Source of the DNA: Acidobacteriota bacterium
GTDB lineage: Bacteria > Acidobacteriota > UBA890 > WLXD01
Assembly (NCBI GenBank): GCA_965248695.1
Contig: CBDFKD010000002.1
Coordinates: 3,296,001-3,360,000 of the forward strand
Direction of reading: 5' to 3'
DNA length: 64,000 bases
Made by a program: the position numbers and the translations under genes. Below are positions 20,778 to 29,222 of this stretch, one piece after another (the first letter of the stretch is position 1; each line of letters starts with the position of its first letter). The notes beneath the pieces are model-generated. The model searched no databases. It worked only from the letters and a program-made list of their open reading frames with translations, and was not told where the DNA came from.

Positions 20778-22277
20778 ATGCGACGCATGACCCTGTGGAT
20801 GATGCTGTTGAGCCTTCTACTACCAGCCAGTGCCTGGCCGCAGGCGGTTGGCGAGGAAATACCACAAGTGGAGAGCGATTCAGGCCGGACTGCCGACAGC
20901 CGCAAGCTGGCGAATGCCCTGCGCCTGCTCGAGACGTGGATCGAGGCTGAGCTCGCCTACAAGCGGATCCCGGGCATGTCGGCGGCGATCGTCCACGACC
21001 AGGAGGTCGTCTGGGCGCACGGCTTCGGTTTCGCGGACCTCGAGAGCAGGACGCCAGCCACGCCGCAGACCATCTACAGCATTTGCTCGATCTCGAAGCT
21101 GTTCACCAGCATCGCGGTGATGCAGCAGCGCGATGCCGGCAAGCTGCGCCTCGACGACGCAATCGGTGACCACTTGCCGTGGTTCAACATCGAGGAAGCG
21201 CACGCCGACTCCGGGCGAGCCACTTTGCGGGGGACGCTGACGCATTCGGCGGGGCTACCGCGTGAGTCAGCCCACCCTTACTGGACAGGCCCGGAGTTTC
21301 TGTTTCCCACCCGCGATCAGATCATGGCGGGTGTGGCCGGGCAGCAGACGTTGTATCCGGCCGACACGTATTTCCAGTACTCGAACCTCGGTTTGACGCT
21401 CGCCGGCGAGACCGTTGCCGCAGTGTCGGCGCAGCCGTACGCCGAATACATCCAGCAACACATCTTGAACCCGTTGGGCATGAGCTCGACCACCACGGAG
21501 ATCCCTGCCGACCAGGCCGGTGGCCGCCTGGCCATTGGCTACGGGCCAACGCCACGGGAAGGGGCCCGCCCGCGACTCCCTGTGTTCCAGGCACGCGGCA
21601 TCGTGCCCGCCGCCGGCTTCGCCTCAACCGTCGAGGACCTGGCGAAGTTCGCCTCCTGGCAGTTCCGCCTCCTCGCCTCCGGCGACGACGAGATACTGGA
21701 TGCCAATACGCTCCGGGAGATGCATCGAGTGCATTGGGTCGACGCCGACTGGAGCACGCACTGGGGCCTCGGTTTCGCTGTGTCTCGCCGCGACGACGCG
21801 ACGTTTGTCGGCCACGGCGGCTCCTGTCCCGGATTCCGTAGCACCGTGACGCTACAGACGTCCGACCGAGTGGCGATCACCGTGATGGCCAACGCCATGG
21901 GCGTGAATCCCGGTCAGGTGGCCCAACGCGCCTACGAGCTCGTCGCGCCGGCGCTCATAGCCGCCGCCGCCGGCGACGACGACACGACCGACGCGTCCGT
22001 CACCGACGACGCCGATCTCGAGCGCTACCTCGGTCTGTATCGTTCCTACTGGGGCGAGAGCGCGATCGTGCGCTGGGAGGATGGCCTGGCCGCCGTGGGG
22101 CTACCCACCGAAGATCCCCTTGGCAACCTCACCAAGCTCGAACATGTCGACGGACACACCTTCCGGCGGTTGCGCGACAATGGCCAGCCGGGAGAGGACT
22201 GGGTGTTCGTGGTCAACGGGAACGGCGACGTGACGCGCTTGCAGCAGCACGGGAACTACTCGGAAAAGGTGCGCTAG
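20778..22277 (+). CDS. Serine hydrolase, beta-lactamase/AmpC-like family
   Basis: Signal peptide; CSISK (SxxK), LTHSAGL, YSN, GHGG motifs; extra C-terminal beta domain. Confidence 0.9.
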   Translation: MRRMTLWMMLLSLLLPASAWPQAVGEEIPQVESDSGRTADSRKLANALRLLETWIEAELAYKRIPGMSAAIVHDQEVVWAHGFGFADLESRTPATPQTIYSICSISKLFTSIAVMQQRDAGKLRLDDAIGDHLPWFNIEEAHADSGRATLRGTLTHSAGLPRESAHPYWTGPEFLFPTRDQIMAGVAGQQTLYPADTYFQYSNLGLTLAGETVAAVSAQPYAEYIQQHILNPLGMSSTTTEIPADQAGGRLAIGYGPTPREGARPRLPVFQARGIVPAAGFASTVEDLAKFASWQFRLLASGDDEILDANTLREMHRVHWVDADWSTHWGLGFAVSRRDDATFVGHGGSCPGFRSTVTLQTSDRVAITVMANAMGVNPGQVAQRAYELVAPALIAAAAGDDDTTDASVTDDADLERYLGLYRSYWGESAIVRWEDGLAAVGLPTEDPLGNLTKLEHVDGHTFRRLRDNGQPGEDWVFVVNGNGDVTRLQQHGNYSEKVR

Positions 22278-22336
22278 CTCGCCGCCGACTCTCTCTGAGT
22301 CCGTGGGCGAACGTCTCGACGACCGGCCCGTTCACA

Positions 22337-23569
22337 TCACTCGTAGCGCAACGCCTCGATCGGGTCGAGCTGCGCGGCGCGCGTAGCCGGGTAGATCCCA
22401 GACACCAGGCCAGCAGCCATCGACACGCTGGTCGACAGCACGATCGACGACGCCGTGACCACCGTCTCCCAGCCGGCCGAGGCGGCGACTACCCTGGCGA
22501 TGATGATCCCCATCGCCACGCCGGCGGCACCACCAAGCACGCTGATGGCGAACGCTTCGATCATGAACTGCGCGCGGATTTCCTGTCGGCGGGCGCCGAC
22601 TGCCCGTCGGATGCCGATCTCACGGGTGCGCTCGAGCACGGTGGCAAGCATGATGTTGGTGATGCCGATGCCGCCGACGAGCAACGAGATACCGGCGATG
22701 CAGCCCATGACGATGTTGAACAGGCGCTGAGTCTGCCGGCTCTGATCCAGCAGTGCCTCCGGGATCACCAGCTCGAAGTCATCCTCGCCGCCGTGGATAC
22801 GCTCGAGCAGTCGCCGGATGGCGATAGCGCTCGCCTGTGGCGACACCTCCTCGCCGAGGCGCACGACGATCTCGTCGATCGGGGCGCTGAGGGGCTCGCG
22901 ATCGAATTTGCGAATAGCGGTGGTGACCGGGACGTAGATTTCCGATGCGGTGGTGCCGATATCCACTCCTTCGAAGGATCCGGCACCGTTGACCTCTTCC
23001 AGTATCCCGATTACCTCGAACCACACGTCGTTGATCTTTAGCTGATTACCGAGCGCCGTCTGTACGCCGTACAGGTCGCGTCGGATACCGGCGCCGATCA
23101 CCGCGACCTGCGCGTGGCGCTCCTCGTCGAGACGATCCAAGAACCGTCCTTCGCTGACGCGCAGCCCGGATAGCTCCGCCTGCCGATACGAAACGCCGAT
23201 GACGCTCCCCTCGGTACGCGATTCGACCGCCATGATCTTGTAGGCGTCGATCTCCACCCGCGGCACCGCCAGTTCAACGCCCGGGATGCTGTCGCGGATT
23301 ACGCTCGCGTCGCGCAGTGATACTCCAAGCGACGTCTGGCGGATCTCGTTGAGCTCGTTGTCGCTGCGATCCACGTCGCGCACGAGCACGTTCCGCAGAC
23401 CCATACGGTCGATGATCTCCATCGCCTGTAGCTCGGCGCCAGCGCCGATCGACAGCATCGCGATCACCGCACCGACGCCGAAAATCATGCCGAGCATCGT
23501 CAGCAGCGAGCGTAGCTTGTGGGTCGCCAGGTTGGTGAGCGCGCTGAGCAGCGCCTCGGCAACGCTCAA
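22337..23569 (-). CDS. ABC transporter permease, MacB/FtsX family
   Basis: RSLLTMLGMIFGV, ISLLVGGIGITNIM, ERTREIGIRRAVGA, AAQLDPIEALRYE. Confidence 0.93.
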   Translation of the reverse strand: MSVAEALLSALTNLATHKLRSLLTMLGMIFGVGAVIAMLSIGAGAELQAMEIIDRMGLRNVLVRDVDRSDNELNEIRQTSLGVSLRDASVIRDSIPGVELAVPRVEIDAYKIMAVESRTEGSVIGVSYRQAELSGLRVSEGRFLDRLDEERHAQVAVIGAGIRRDLYGVQTALGNQLKINDVWFEVIGILEEVNGAGSFEGVDIGTTASEIYVPVTTAIRKFDREPLSAPIDEIVVRLGEEVSPQASAIAIRRLLERIHGGEDDFELVIPEALLDQSRQTQRLFNIVMGCIAGISLLVGGIGITNIMLATVLERTREIGIRRAVGARRQEIRAQFMIEAFAISVLGGAAGVAMGIIIARVVAASAGWETVVTASSIVLSTSVSMAAGLVSGIYPATRAAQLDPIEALRYE

Positions 23570-24849
23570 GGCACCGTGCCGCCGCCGAGAAGTCCCGGAG
23601 CGTCGGCCTCGGCACCATCTCTTGCTACTGCCGCGCGCGACGGATCCTCGAGCGCTACGACCTCGCCCGCCTCGATCCCCGAGTCCACCACCACGCGCCC
23701 CAACGCCGCCGAGCCCAGCTGAACAGGTGCCACGTCGTAGCCGTTGCCGGAGCGCCTATAGACGAACGGGTTGCCATCGTCATCCTGGAAGATGGCCTCG
23801 CGCGGCACTGCGATGACGTCGTCCAGGTCGTGCAACAGCAGCGTCGCCCGTACGCGCTGGCCGGGTTTCATCTTTGTCGGGTCGGTACGCGTCAGCTCGA
23901 GGTCGACATCGAAATACTGCACCGGCGACCATCGCGTGCGTCGCTTGGCGACCGCGGCCACCACCCTCACGGAGGCTTCCACCGTCTCGCCTGGATGCGA
24001 ATCGAGCACAACCGTCGCCTGGGTGCCCACCTCCACGCCGCCGGCGTCTGCCTCGAGCACGAAGACCTGAGCCTTCATAACCTCCAGCTGGGGGATCTCG
24101 GCAATCGGCTGCCCCGGAAAGGCCATCTGGCCGATCGACGGCACATCGCCCATCCAGTTGCGCTGTAGTACGAAGATCCCGGCGTGCGGTGCCCTTACCT
24201 CGAGCTCACTGAGCCCGGCCTCCGCCTTCTGAATCGTCAGCTCTGCCTTGCGACGCTCGATCGCCAACAGGTCCAGCTCCACCTCGCCGAGCGCGGCACG
24301 GATGTCCTGCGCGTCCTCGGCGTGCTGCATGCGAGTCGTCGCCAGCGCCTCGTCGATCTGAGCTTCGAGAATCTCCTTGCTCGAATAGATCTCCGCGTCG
24401 GTGCTCTGGAAATCCTGCGCATGCTCGAGCTGTAACGATGCCAGCGAGGCATCGCGCCCCAGATTCTCCAGCTGGGTGCTCTGCTGGATGCTCGTCTGCT
24501 CCGTCCGGTTGGTGGCCTTGTCGCGCTCCGACTGGCCGTCGAAGAGCTCCTTCTCCATATCCGTCGGGTCGAAGCGGATCACCACCTCGTTCGCCTCGAC
24601 TCGCGAGCCGTCGCGCGCGTTCCAGGCGATCTTCATGGGCTCTCTAGTTGCCGTCGGCACGGTAAGCGCGGTCGCCGTCTCGGCAACCAGAACGCCCTCG
24701 GCATCGATGCGATGCACGAACCGGCTACGCTCGACGCGATAGGTCGCCATCGGCTCGGGCTCGTTCCACGAACGCACCAGCGTCAGCCCACCGCCGGCAG
24801 CGATTACCAGCACGGCGGTGGCGGCGAGCCATCGTACGCGCGCGCTCAT
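23566..24849 (-). CDS. Efflux periplasmic adaptor (membrane fusion protein, HlyD/MacA-like) 3
   Basis: N-terminal TM; DGSRVEANEVVIRFD; coiled coil; VRAPHAG; MKPGQ; VPREAI; overlaps neighbours by 4 bp. Confidence 0.85.
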   Translation of the reverse strand: MSARVRWLAATAVLVIAAGGGLTLVRSWNEPEPMATYRVERSRFVHRIDAEGVLVAETATALTVPTATREPMKIAWNARDGSRVEANEVVIRFDPTDMEKELFDGQSERDKATNRTEQTSIQQSTQLENLGRDASLASLQLEHAQDFQSTDAEIYSSKEILEAQIDEALATTRMQHAEDAQDIRAALGEVELDLLAIERRKAELTIQKAEAGLSELEVRAPHAGIFVLQRNWMGDVPSIGQMAFPGQPIAEIPQLEVMKAQVFVLEADAGGVEVGTQATVVLDSHPGETVEASVRVVAAVAKRRTRWSPVQYFDVDLELTRTDPTKMKPGQRVRATLLLHDLDDVIAVPREAIFQDDDGNPFVYRRSGNGYDVAPVQLGSAALGRVVVDSGIEAGEVVALEDPSRAAVARDGAEADAPGLLGGGTVP

Positions 24850-26102
24850 GCTTCCGGCCGCGTCTCGGCGACCTGATCACCGGCTTCGAGACCGTTCAGT
24901 ACCTGCACCGCGAACGCGTTACGAGCGCCCAACTCGACGCGCACGCGCTCGTGTCCGAACATGGTCTGCCGATAGACCACCGGGCCGTCGTCAGACGGAA
25001 ACACCGCGTGCGCCGGAATCACCAACACTTCGACGATGCGCTCGGCCTCGACGGTGCCACGGAAGCGCATACCGGGGCGCATGCGCTCGGTATCGGTCTC
25101 GTCGAGCGCCAGGTCGAGTCGAACCACCTTCAAAGGGGAACGAGAGGCGCGCTTGCGCTGCACGGTCATCGCGATCGACTCGATGCGGGCGTCGTACTGT
25201 AGGTCGGGGTGGGCATCGAGTCGGAGCGTTACCGACTGTCCCTGCTGCACGCGACCCGCATCGGCTTCGTCCAGCTCTCCACGAGCCATCATCAGCTCGA
25301 GGTTCGGGACCTCGATGACACGCTCGTGCCGCCAGGTCGAATCACCCACCTTCTTCTTCTCGCCACGCCAGTTGGTCGAATAAATGACGGTTCCGGCGCG
25401 TGGTGACTTGACCGTCAGACTCTCGATCGCGGTCTCGGTCTCCGATACGAGCCGCACGGCCCGATCTCGTTGAGCTTCGAGCGCCTGCCGTTGGGCCGCG
25501 GCAGCCGTCTCGGCAGCAGCGAGTTGCCCCTGGAGGCTCACCACCTGAACCTCGGCAACCTCCACGTCGAGCTGATCGATCTCGGCCTGATTCGCCGAAC
25601 GTAGATCATCGGGCACATCGTTCTTCAGACGAGCCTTGCTCAGGGTGGCCTCGGCCTCGGCGTGTTGAAGCGCGAGCGTCATTAGCTGTTGCTTGGTGTC
25701 GGCGTCGAGCTTCTCGATGTTCTTGCCGGCCCCCTCCGCCTCGGCTTGAAGCTGCAGGAGACGCTGGTCCAGCTCCGATGTGTCGAACGCCAACACCGGG
25801 GCGCCGAGCTCAGCCTCGGTTCCCTCGGGCGCCATGAAGCGGATCGTGAAGTCGTAGACCCCCTCCACCTGGGGCGGCGTCAGCTGGCTCGAATCGCGGG
25901 ATGCGAGCGTCCCCTCGACGTCGACGCCGATCACCAGATCATCGATGCGGGCGACCGCCCAGGAGACGTCAGAACCCGACGCGAAGGCTGCGGCAAGCCA
26001 CCAGCCCACGCTGAGGACGATGACGGCAACCAACGCAACGAGGCGAAGCGCGGCTCGCCGACGACTGCGACGAGCCACAACCTGGTGAGGGGGCGACGCC
26101 AT
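24846..26102 (-). CDS. Efflux periplasmic adaptor (membrane fusion protein) 2
   Basis: N-terminal TM; APEGT...VLAFD; coiled coil; VKSPRAG; MRPGM; IPAHAV. Confidence 0.85.
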   Translation of the reverse strand: MASPPHQVVARRSRRRAALRLVALVAVIVLSVGWWLAAAFASGSDVSWAVARIDDLVIGVDVEGTLASRDSSQLTPPQVEGVYDFTIRFMAPEGTEAELGAPVLAFDTSELDQRLLQLQAEAEGAGKNIEKLDADTKQQLMTLALQHAEAEATLSKARLKNDVPDDLRSANQAEIDQLDVEVAEVQVVSLQGQLAAAETAAAAQRQALEAQRDRAVRLVSETETAIESLTVKSPRAGTVIYSTNWRGEKKKVGDSTWRHERVIEVPNLELMMARGELDEADAGRVQQGQSVTLRLDAHPDLQYDARIESIAMTVQRKRASRSPLKVVRLDLALDETDTERMRPGMRFRGTVEAERIVEVLVIPAHAVFPSDDGPVVYRQTMFGHERVRVELGARNAFAVQVLNGLEAGDQVAETRPEA

Positions 26103-27325
26103 CAGCGCAGGCCCACCCGGGTTCCGAGCGGTGGGCCCTCCTCGAGCACGCAGTCGTGCGAGTTGCAGGGGCCGAGCCGGACCGGCTGACGCTCGGAGTT
26201 GGCGAGGACGACGAAGACGCCCTCGTCGCCGAACTCCAGTGCCCGCCGCGACACCAGCGCGACCTGATCGCGCGCTGCCGTTTCGACCTCGACCTTAACC
26301 GACATGCCCGGACGCATGATCTCCGGGTCGGATTCATCGAGGTCGAGGTAGGCGAGGAAAAAGCGTTGCATCGACCGACGATCGGCGGTGTTGGCGACCG
26401 GGGCGATCTCGCGCACGACGCCGCCGATCGTGCGCTCAGGATAGGCATCGAGCGTGCATTGCACGCGCATGCCGGGCGTGACCTTGCCATCATCGACGTC
26501 GGACAACCGCGCTTCGACGATCATCTTCGACAAGTCGGGAATCTCCATTATGGTGCTGCTCACCCAGGCGGTGTCGCCGACCTGGAACTTGCGATCCTCG
26601 CGCCGATTCTCCAGCGCCACGGCGATACCTGACTGGGGTGCTCGCAGCACCATGGTATCGATTGCCCGGCGCGCCTCGGAAACCTCGCGCTCGCTCTTGG
26701 CAACATCGATCCGTAGCACCTCGAGCTCGGCCTGGGCGGCGTCCAGGTGCCCCTGCAGATCCGCCACGGCTTTCTCGTGACCGACCCGTGCTTGATCGTG
26801 GGCCAACTGCTTTTCCTGATAGGTCTTGCGCGTCTGGACGTCCTCGGGAACCTCTGCCTCGATCTCGGCCTTGCGCATCAGGACGCGGTTGCGCTCGACA
26901 TCGAACTCCTTCTGAGCTGTCTGTCCCTGGAGCTCGGCTTCGCGACCAACCAACGCGTTCAACGCGGTCTGGCGAGCGGTGATCTTGTTCTCCAGATCGC
27001 TGGCAATCTGCGCTGTGTCGAGCTCGACCAGGCGGTCCCCCTCAGCGACGAATGATCCATCCTCGACCATCCAGCGGATCGTCGTCTCCCAGTTCGGCAG
27101 CCGCGGCACCTGAATCTGCTCTCCATACGCCGCTCGCAGCTCACCGCTCATCAGCAACGTCTGATGAAATGACCCCTCGCGGACCACGTCTTCGGCAACC
27201 TCTTCACGCTCTGGAACCGTTGGGTCGGCAGAAGCAGAACGCTCGCCGGAGCAGCCTGCCAGCAGCGCCAACAACACGCCGCTGAACAGCGTTCCACGAA
27301 GCGTGACGTATCGGCGATCGCGCAT
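26102..27325 (-). CDS. Efflux periplasmic adaptor (membrane fusion protein) 1, lipoprotein
   Basis: Lipobox LLAGC; EDGSFVAEGDRLVELD; LRAPQSG; MRPGMSV. Confidence 0.85.
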   Translation of the reverse strand: MRDRRYVTLRGTLFSGVLLALLAGCSGERSASADPTVPEREEVAEDVVREGSFHQTLLMSGELRAAYGEQIQVPRLPNWETTIRWMVEDGSFVAEGDRLVELDTAQIASDLENKITARQTALNALVGREAELQGQTAQKEFDVERNRVLMRKAEIEAEVPEDVQTRKTYQEKQLAHDQARVGHEKAVADLQGHLDAAQAELEVLRIDVAKSEREVSEARRAIDTMVLRAPQSGIAVALENRREDRKFQVGDTAWVSSTIMEIPDLSKMIVEARLSDVDDGKVTPGMRVQCTLDAYPERTIGGVVREIAPVANTADRRSMQRFFLAYLDLDESDPEIMRPGMSVKVEVETAARDQVALVSRRALEFGDEGVFVVLANSERQPVRLGPCNSHDCVLEEGPPLGTRVGLR

Positions 27326-27488
27326 GGACGATTCGCGCTCCAGGGCCCTTGGGGGGAGCAGGCAGATTCATATTCTCTCTTATTGGACGCACGCGAATCA
27401 TCTTTCGATGGTGCGTTCCGTCGCTCGCGGCGGCAGAGTCCGAGAAACCGGTGCCGAAAAGAACTGCGAAAGCCCGGAATCGGTTCGC

Positions 27489-27494
27489 TATACT
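27489..27494 (+). promoter_or_regulatory. Candidate sigma70 -10 hexamer (TATACT) for the beta-helix gene
   Basis: Near-consensus TATACT in a GC-rich divergent intergenic region, 36 bp upstream of in-frame GTG 27530; no clear -35. Confidence 0.35.
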
Positions 27495-27529
27495 CGACCC
27501 AACCTGGTATTCGACCCAGCCTGCCAGGC

Positions 27530-28513
27530 GTGCCGAGTTCGTGCACCCATTCTATCCCTGTGGCACCCGGAGAGTCGATCCAGGCAGCCATCGACGCGGC
27601 GACTGACGGCGACGTCATCGAGCTGGGCCCCGGCGAATACGTCGAGCGCATCAACTTCAGGGGCAAGGCTGTCCGAGTCACCGGGAGCGGCGAGGCCACG
27701 GTCATCCGCGGCACGGGGGCCGGCCCGGTGGTGCGTTTTTCCAGCCGCGAGGGGTCAGACAGCGTGCTGGATTCGGTGGTGGTCACCGGCGGTGTGGCTC
27801 GGCGTGGCGGCGGCATCTATATCCACAACGCCAGCCCGACAATCGTGAGAACGATCGTCAGTGCGAACCGTGCCACTCAGCAGGGAAGTGGAATCTACGT
27901 CGGTGGCGGTGGCGCGCCGCTGATCTACAACAACCTCGTCATCTACAACACCAAAGACAGCAGCGGTGATCCGCACGCCATCGAGATCGTCGCGGCTTCG
28001 CCGTGGGTGATCAACAACACCATTGCTCGCAGCGACAGCAACGGCCTGATCTCTCGCGGCGGTGCACCAGTCATTCGCAACAACCTACTGGTGTGGAACG
28101 GCACGCCAGCCGGAGGCGGCCGACGCGGCCGCGGCATTTGCGACTTCAGCAACGACCAGGCGTCAATCCACTACAACGGATTCCACCGCAACACGATCGC
28201 CGCAATCCTGCGCGGCGGGCGGGACTGGAAAAAGATCCGCCCGCTGCAGAGTCAGCGTCCCGATCCGCTGGTGGGGCGCAACATCGACGGCAACCCGCGC
28301 TTCGCGGCCCGACCGCCGGTCGATGCCGATGCTGCGAGCTTCTCGGATTTCGATCTGGCAGGAGCCGGCAAAGCAATGGACCGCGGCGATCCGGCTGTGG
28401 CGTGCAACGACCTGGATGGCACACGCAACGACCTCGACTTCTCCGGCGGGCTGTTCGCCAGCGGAACCGACGCGCTTCCGACACTGGGCGCCTGCGGAAC
28501 GATACCTGCCTAG
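27530..28513 (+). CDS. Right-handed parallel beta-helix (pectin-lyase-like/DUF1565) protein
   Basis: SIQAAIDAATDGDVIELGPGEYVERINF, GGGIYI, SPTI, NNLVIYN, INNTIA, GNPRF. Start uncertain: the ORF is open from 27383 but the first ~50 codons look non-coding. Confidence 0.8.
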   Translation: MPSSCTHSIPVAPGESIQAAIDAATDGDVIELGPGEYVERINFRGKAVRVTGSGEATVIRGTGAGPVVRFSSREGSDSVLDSVVVTGGVARRGGGIYIHNASPTIVRTIVSANRATQQGSGIYVGGGGAPLIYNNLVIYNTKDSSGDPHAIEIVAASPWVINNTIARSDSNGLISRGGAPVIRNNLLVWNGTPAGGGRRGRGICDFSNDQASIHYNGFHRNTIAAILRGGRDWKKIRPLQSQRPDPLVGRNIDGNPRFAARPPVDADAASFSDFDLAGAGKAMDRGDPAVACNDLDGTRNDLDFSGGLFASGTDALPTLGACGTIPA

Positions 28514-28589
28514 GCCGCAGCCCCTGAAGAACCGACCGTTCCGGGGTACAGAAGATCATCGCCGGAGCCGATGAATCAGCCGTCGCTCG

Positions 28590-28695
28590 CGGTGCCCCCA
28601 ACATAACGTTCCACGAGACGTCGAATGGGCGCGCCCCGAGGGCAATTCGCACGCCCATTTCCTGCGTTCCTGCGCGAAACGGAGTAGGAGATCAC
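28590..28695 (-). pseudogene. Short frameshifted remnant of an ADOP/MacB-type ABC permease
   Basis: Minus strand reads VISYSVSRR-(one extra A)-TQEMGVRIALGARPFDVSWNVMLGA, matching the conserved FtsX motif also seen in the neighbouring permease (VISYWVSRSTHEIGVRVALGA). Confidence 0.7.
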
Positions 28696-28720
28696 GTGTA
28701 AAGAGAAGCAAGCCTACGAT

Positions 28721-28769
28721 TAGACTCTTTGAAAGTAGACTTCTTGAACGTAGACCTCTAAGAAGTCTA
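28721..28769. promoter_or_regulatory. Three 15-bp TAGAC-initiated direct repeats, the last extending into the palindrome TAGAC-N9-GTCTA; candidate PadR operator array
   Basis: TAGACTCTTTGAAAG (28721), TAGACTTCTTGAACG (28736), TAGACCTCTAAGAAG (28751) then TCTAG; followed by TTGACG at 28782; AT-rich; upstream of padR. Confidence 0.5.
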
Positions 28770-28855
28770 GTGTGGGTAGCCTTGACGAAAACAAACGCAC
28801 AGCTTTACGCACGGTCCGGCTGGAACATTTCCTGGTCGCACCCCGAGGGATATCC

Positions 28856-29218
28856 GTGAGCGACGAGATCCGGACACATCTGCCGCTGACCGATCTGGCG
28901 CTCAACATCATGTTGACACTGTCGGACGGCGAGCAGCACGGCTACGCCATGATCAAGGCAATCGAGCTCCGAGGACGCCGGCCACTGCGGTCCGGCACCC
29001 TGTACGCGGGCCTCCAACGACTCCTCGTGGCCGGGCTGGTAAAGGAATCGCAGCCGCCCAGCGAGGCCGGCGATGATCGCCGCCGCCGCTACTACGCGAT
29101 GACGGAGCGGGGCGAGCAGGTGCTACGCGCAGAGATGACCCGACTCGGGGAGCTACTGGACTTGGCCCGCGACCGCGATCTGATCGACGAGGCCCCGTTT
29201 CCCCAGCGTCGGCAGTAG
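28856..29218 (+). CDS. PadR family transcriptional regulator
   Basis: HLPLT..ALNIMLTL, QHGYAMIK, SGTLYAGLQRL, RRRRYYAMT; GAGGGA before GTG 28856. Confidence 0.9.
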   Translation: MSDEIRTHLPLTDLALNIMLTLSDGEQHGYAMIKAIELRGRRPLRSGTLYAGLQRLLVAGLVKESQPPSEAGDDRRRRYYAMTERGEQVLRAEMTRLGELLDLARDRDLIDEAPFPQRRQ

Positions 29219-29222
29219 ATCG

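Noticed and set aside
20778-22277. Beta-lactam resistance genes (this serine hydrolase and the MBL-fold gene at 13836-14522)
   Set aside because: Only superfamily-level motifs are present; most such proteins are peptidases, esterases or other hydrolases.
28721-28765. Mini-CRISPR interpretation of the TAGAC repeats
   Set aside because: Units are 15 bp, contiguous and have no spacers; no cas genes.
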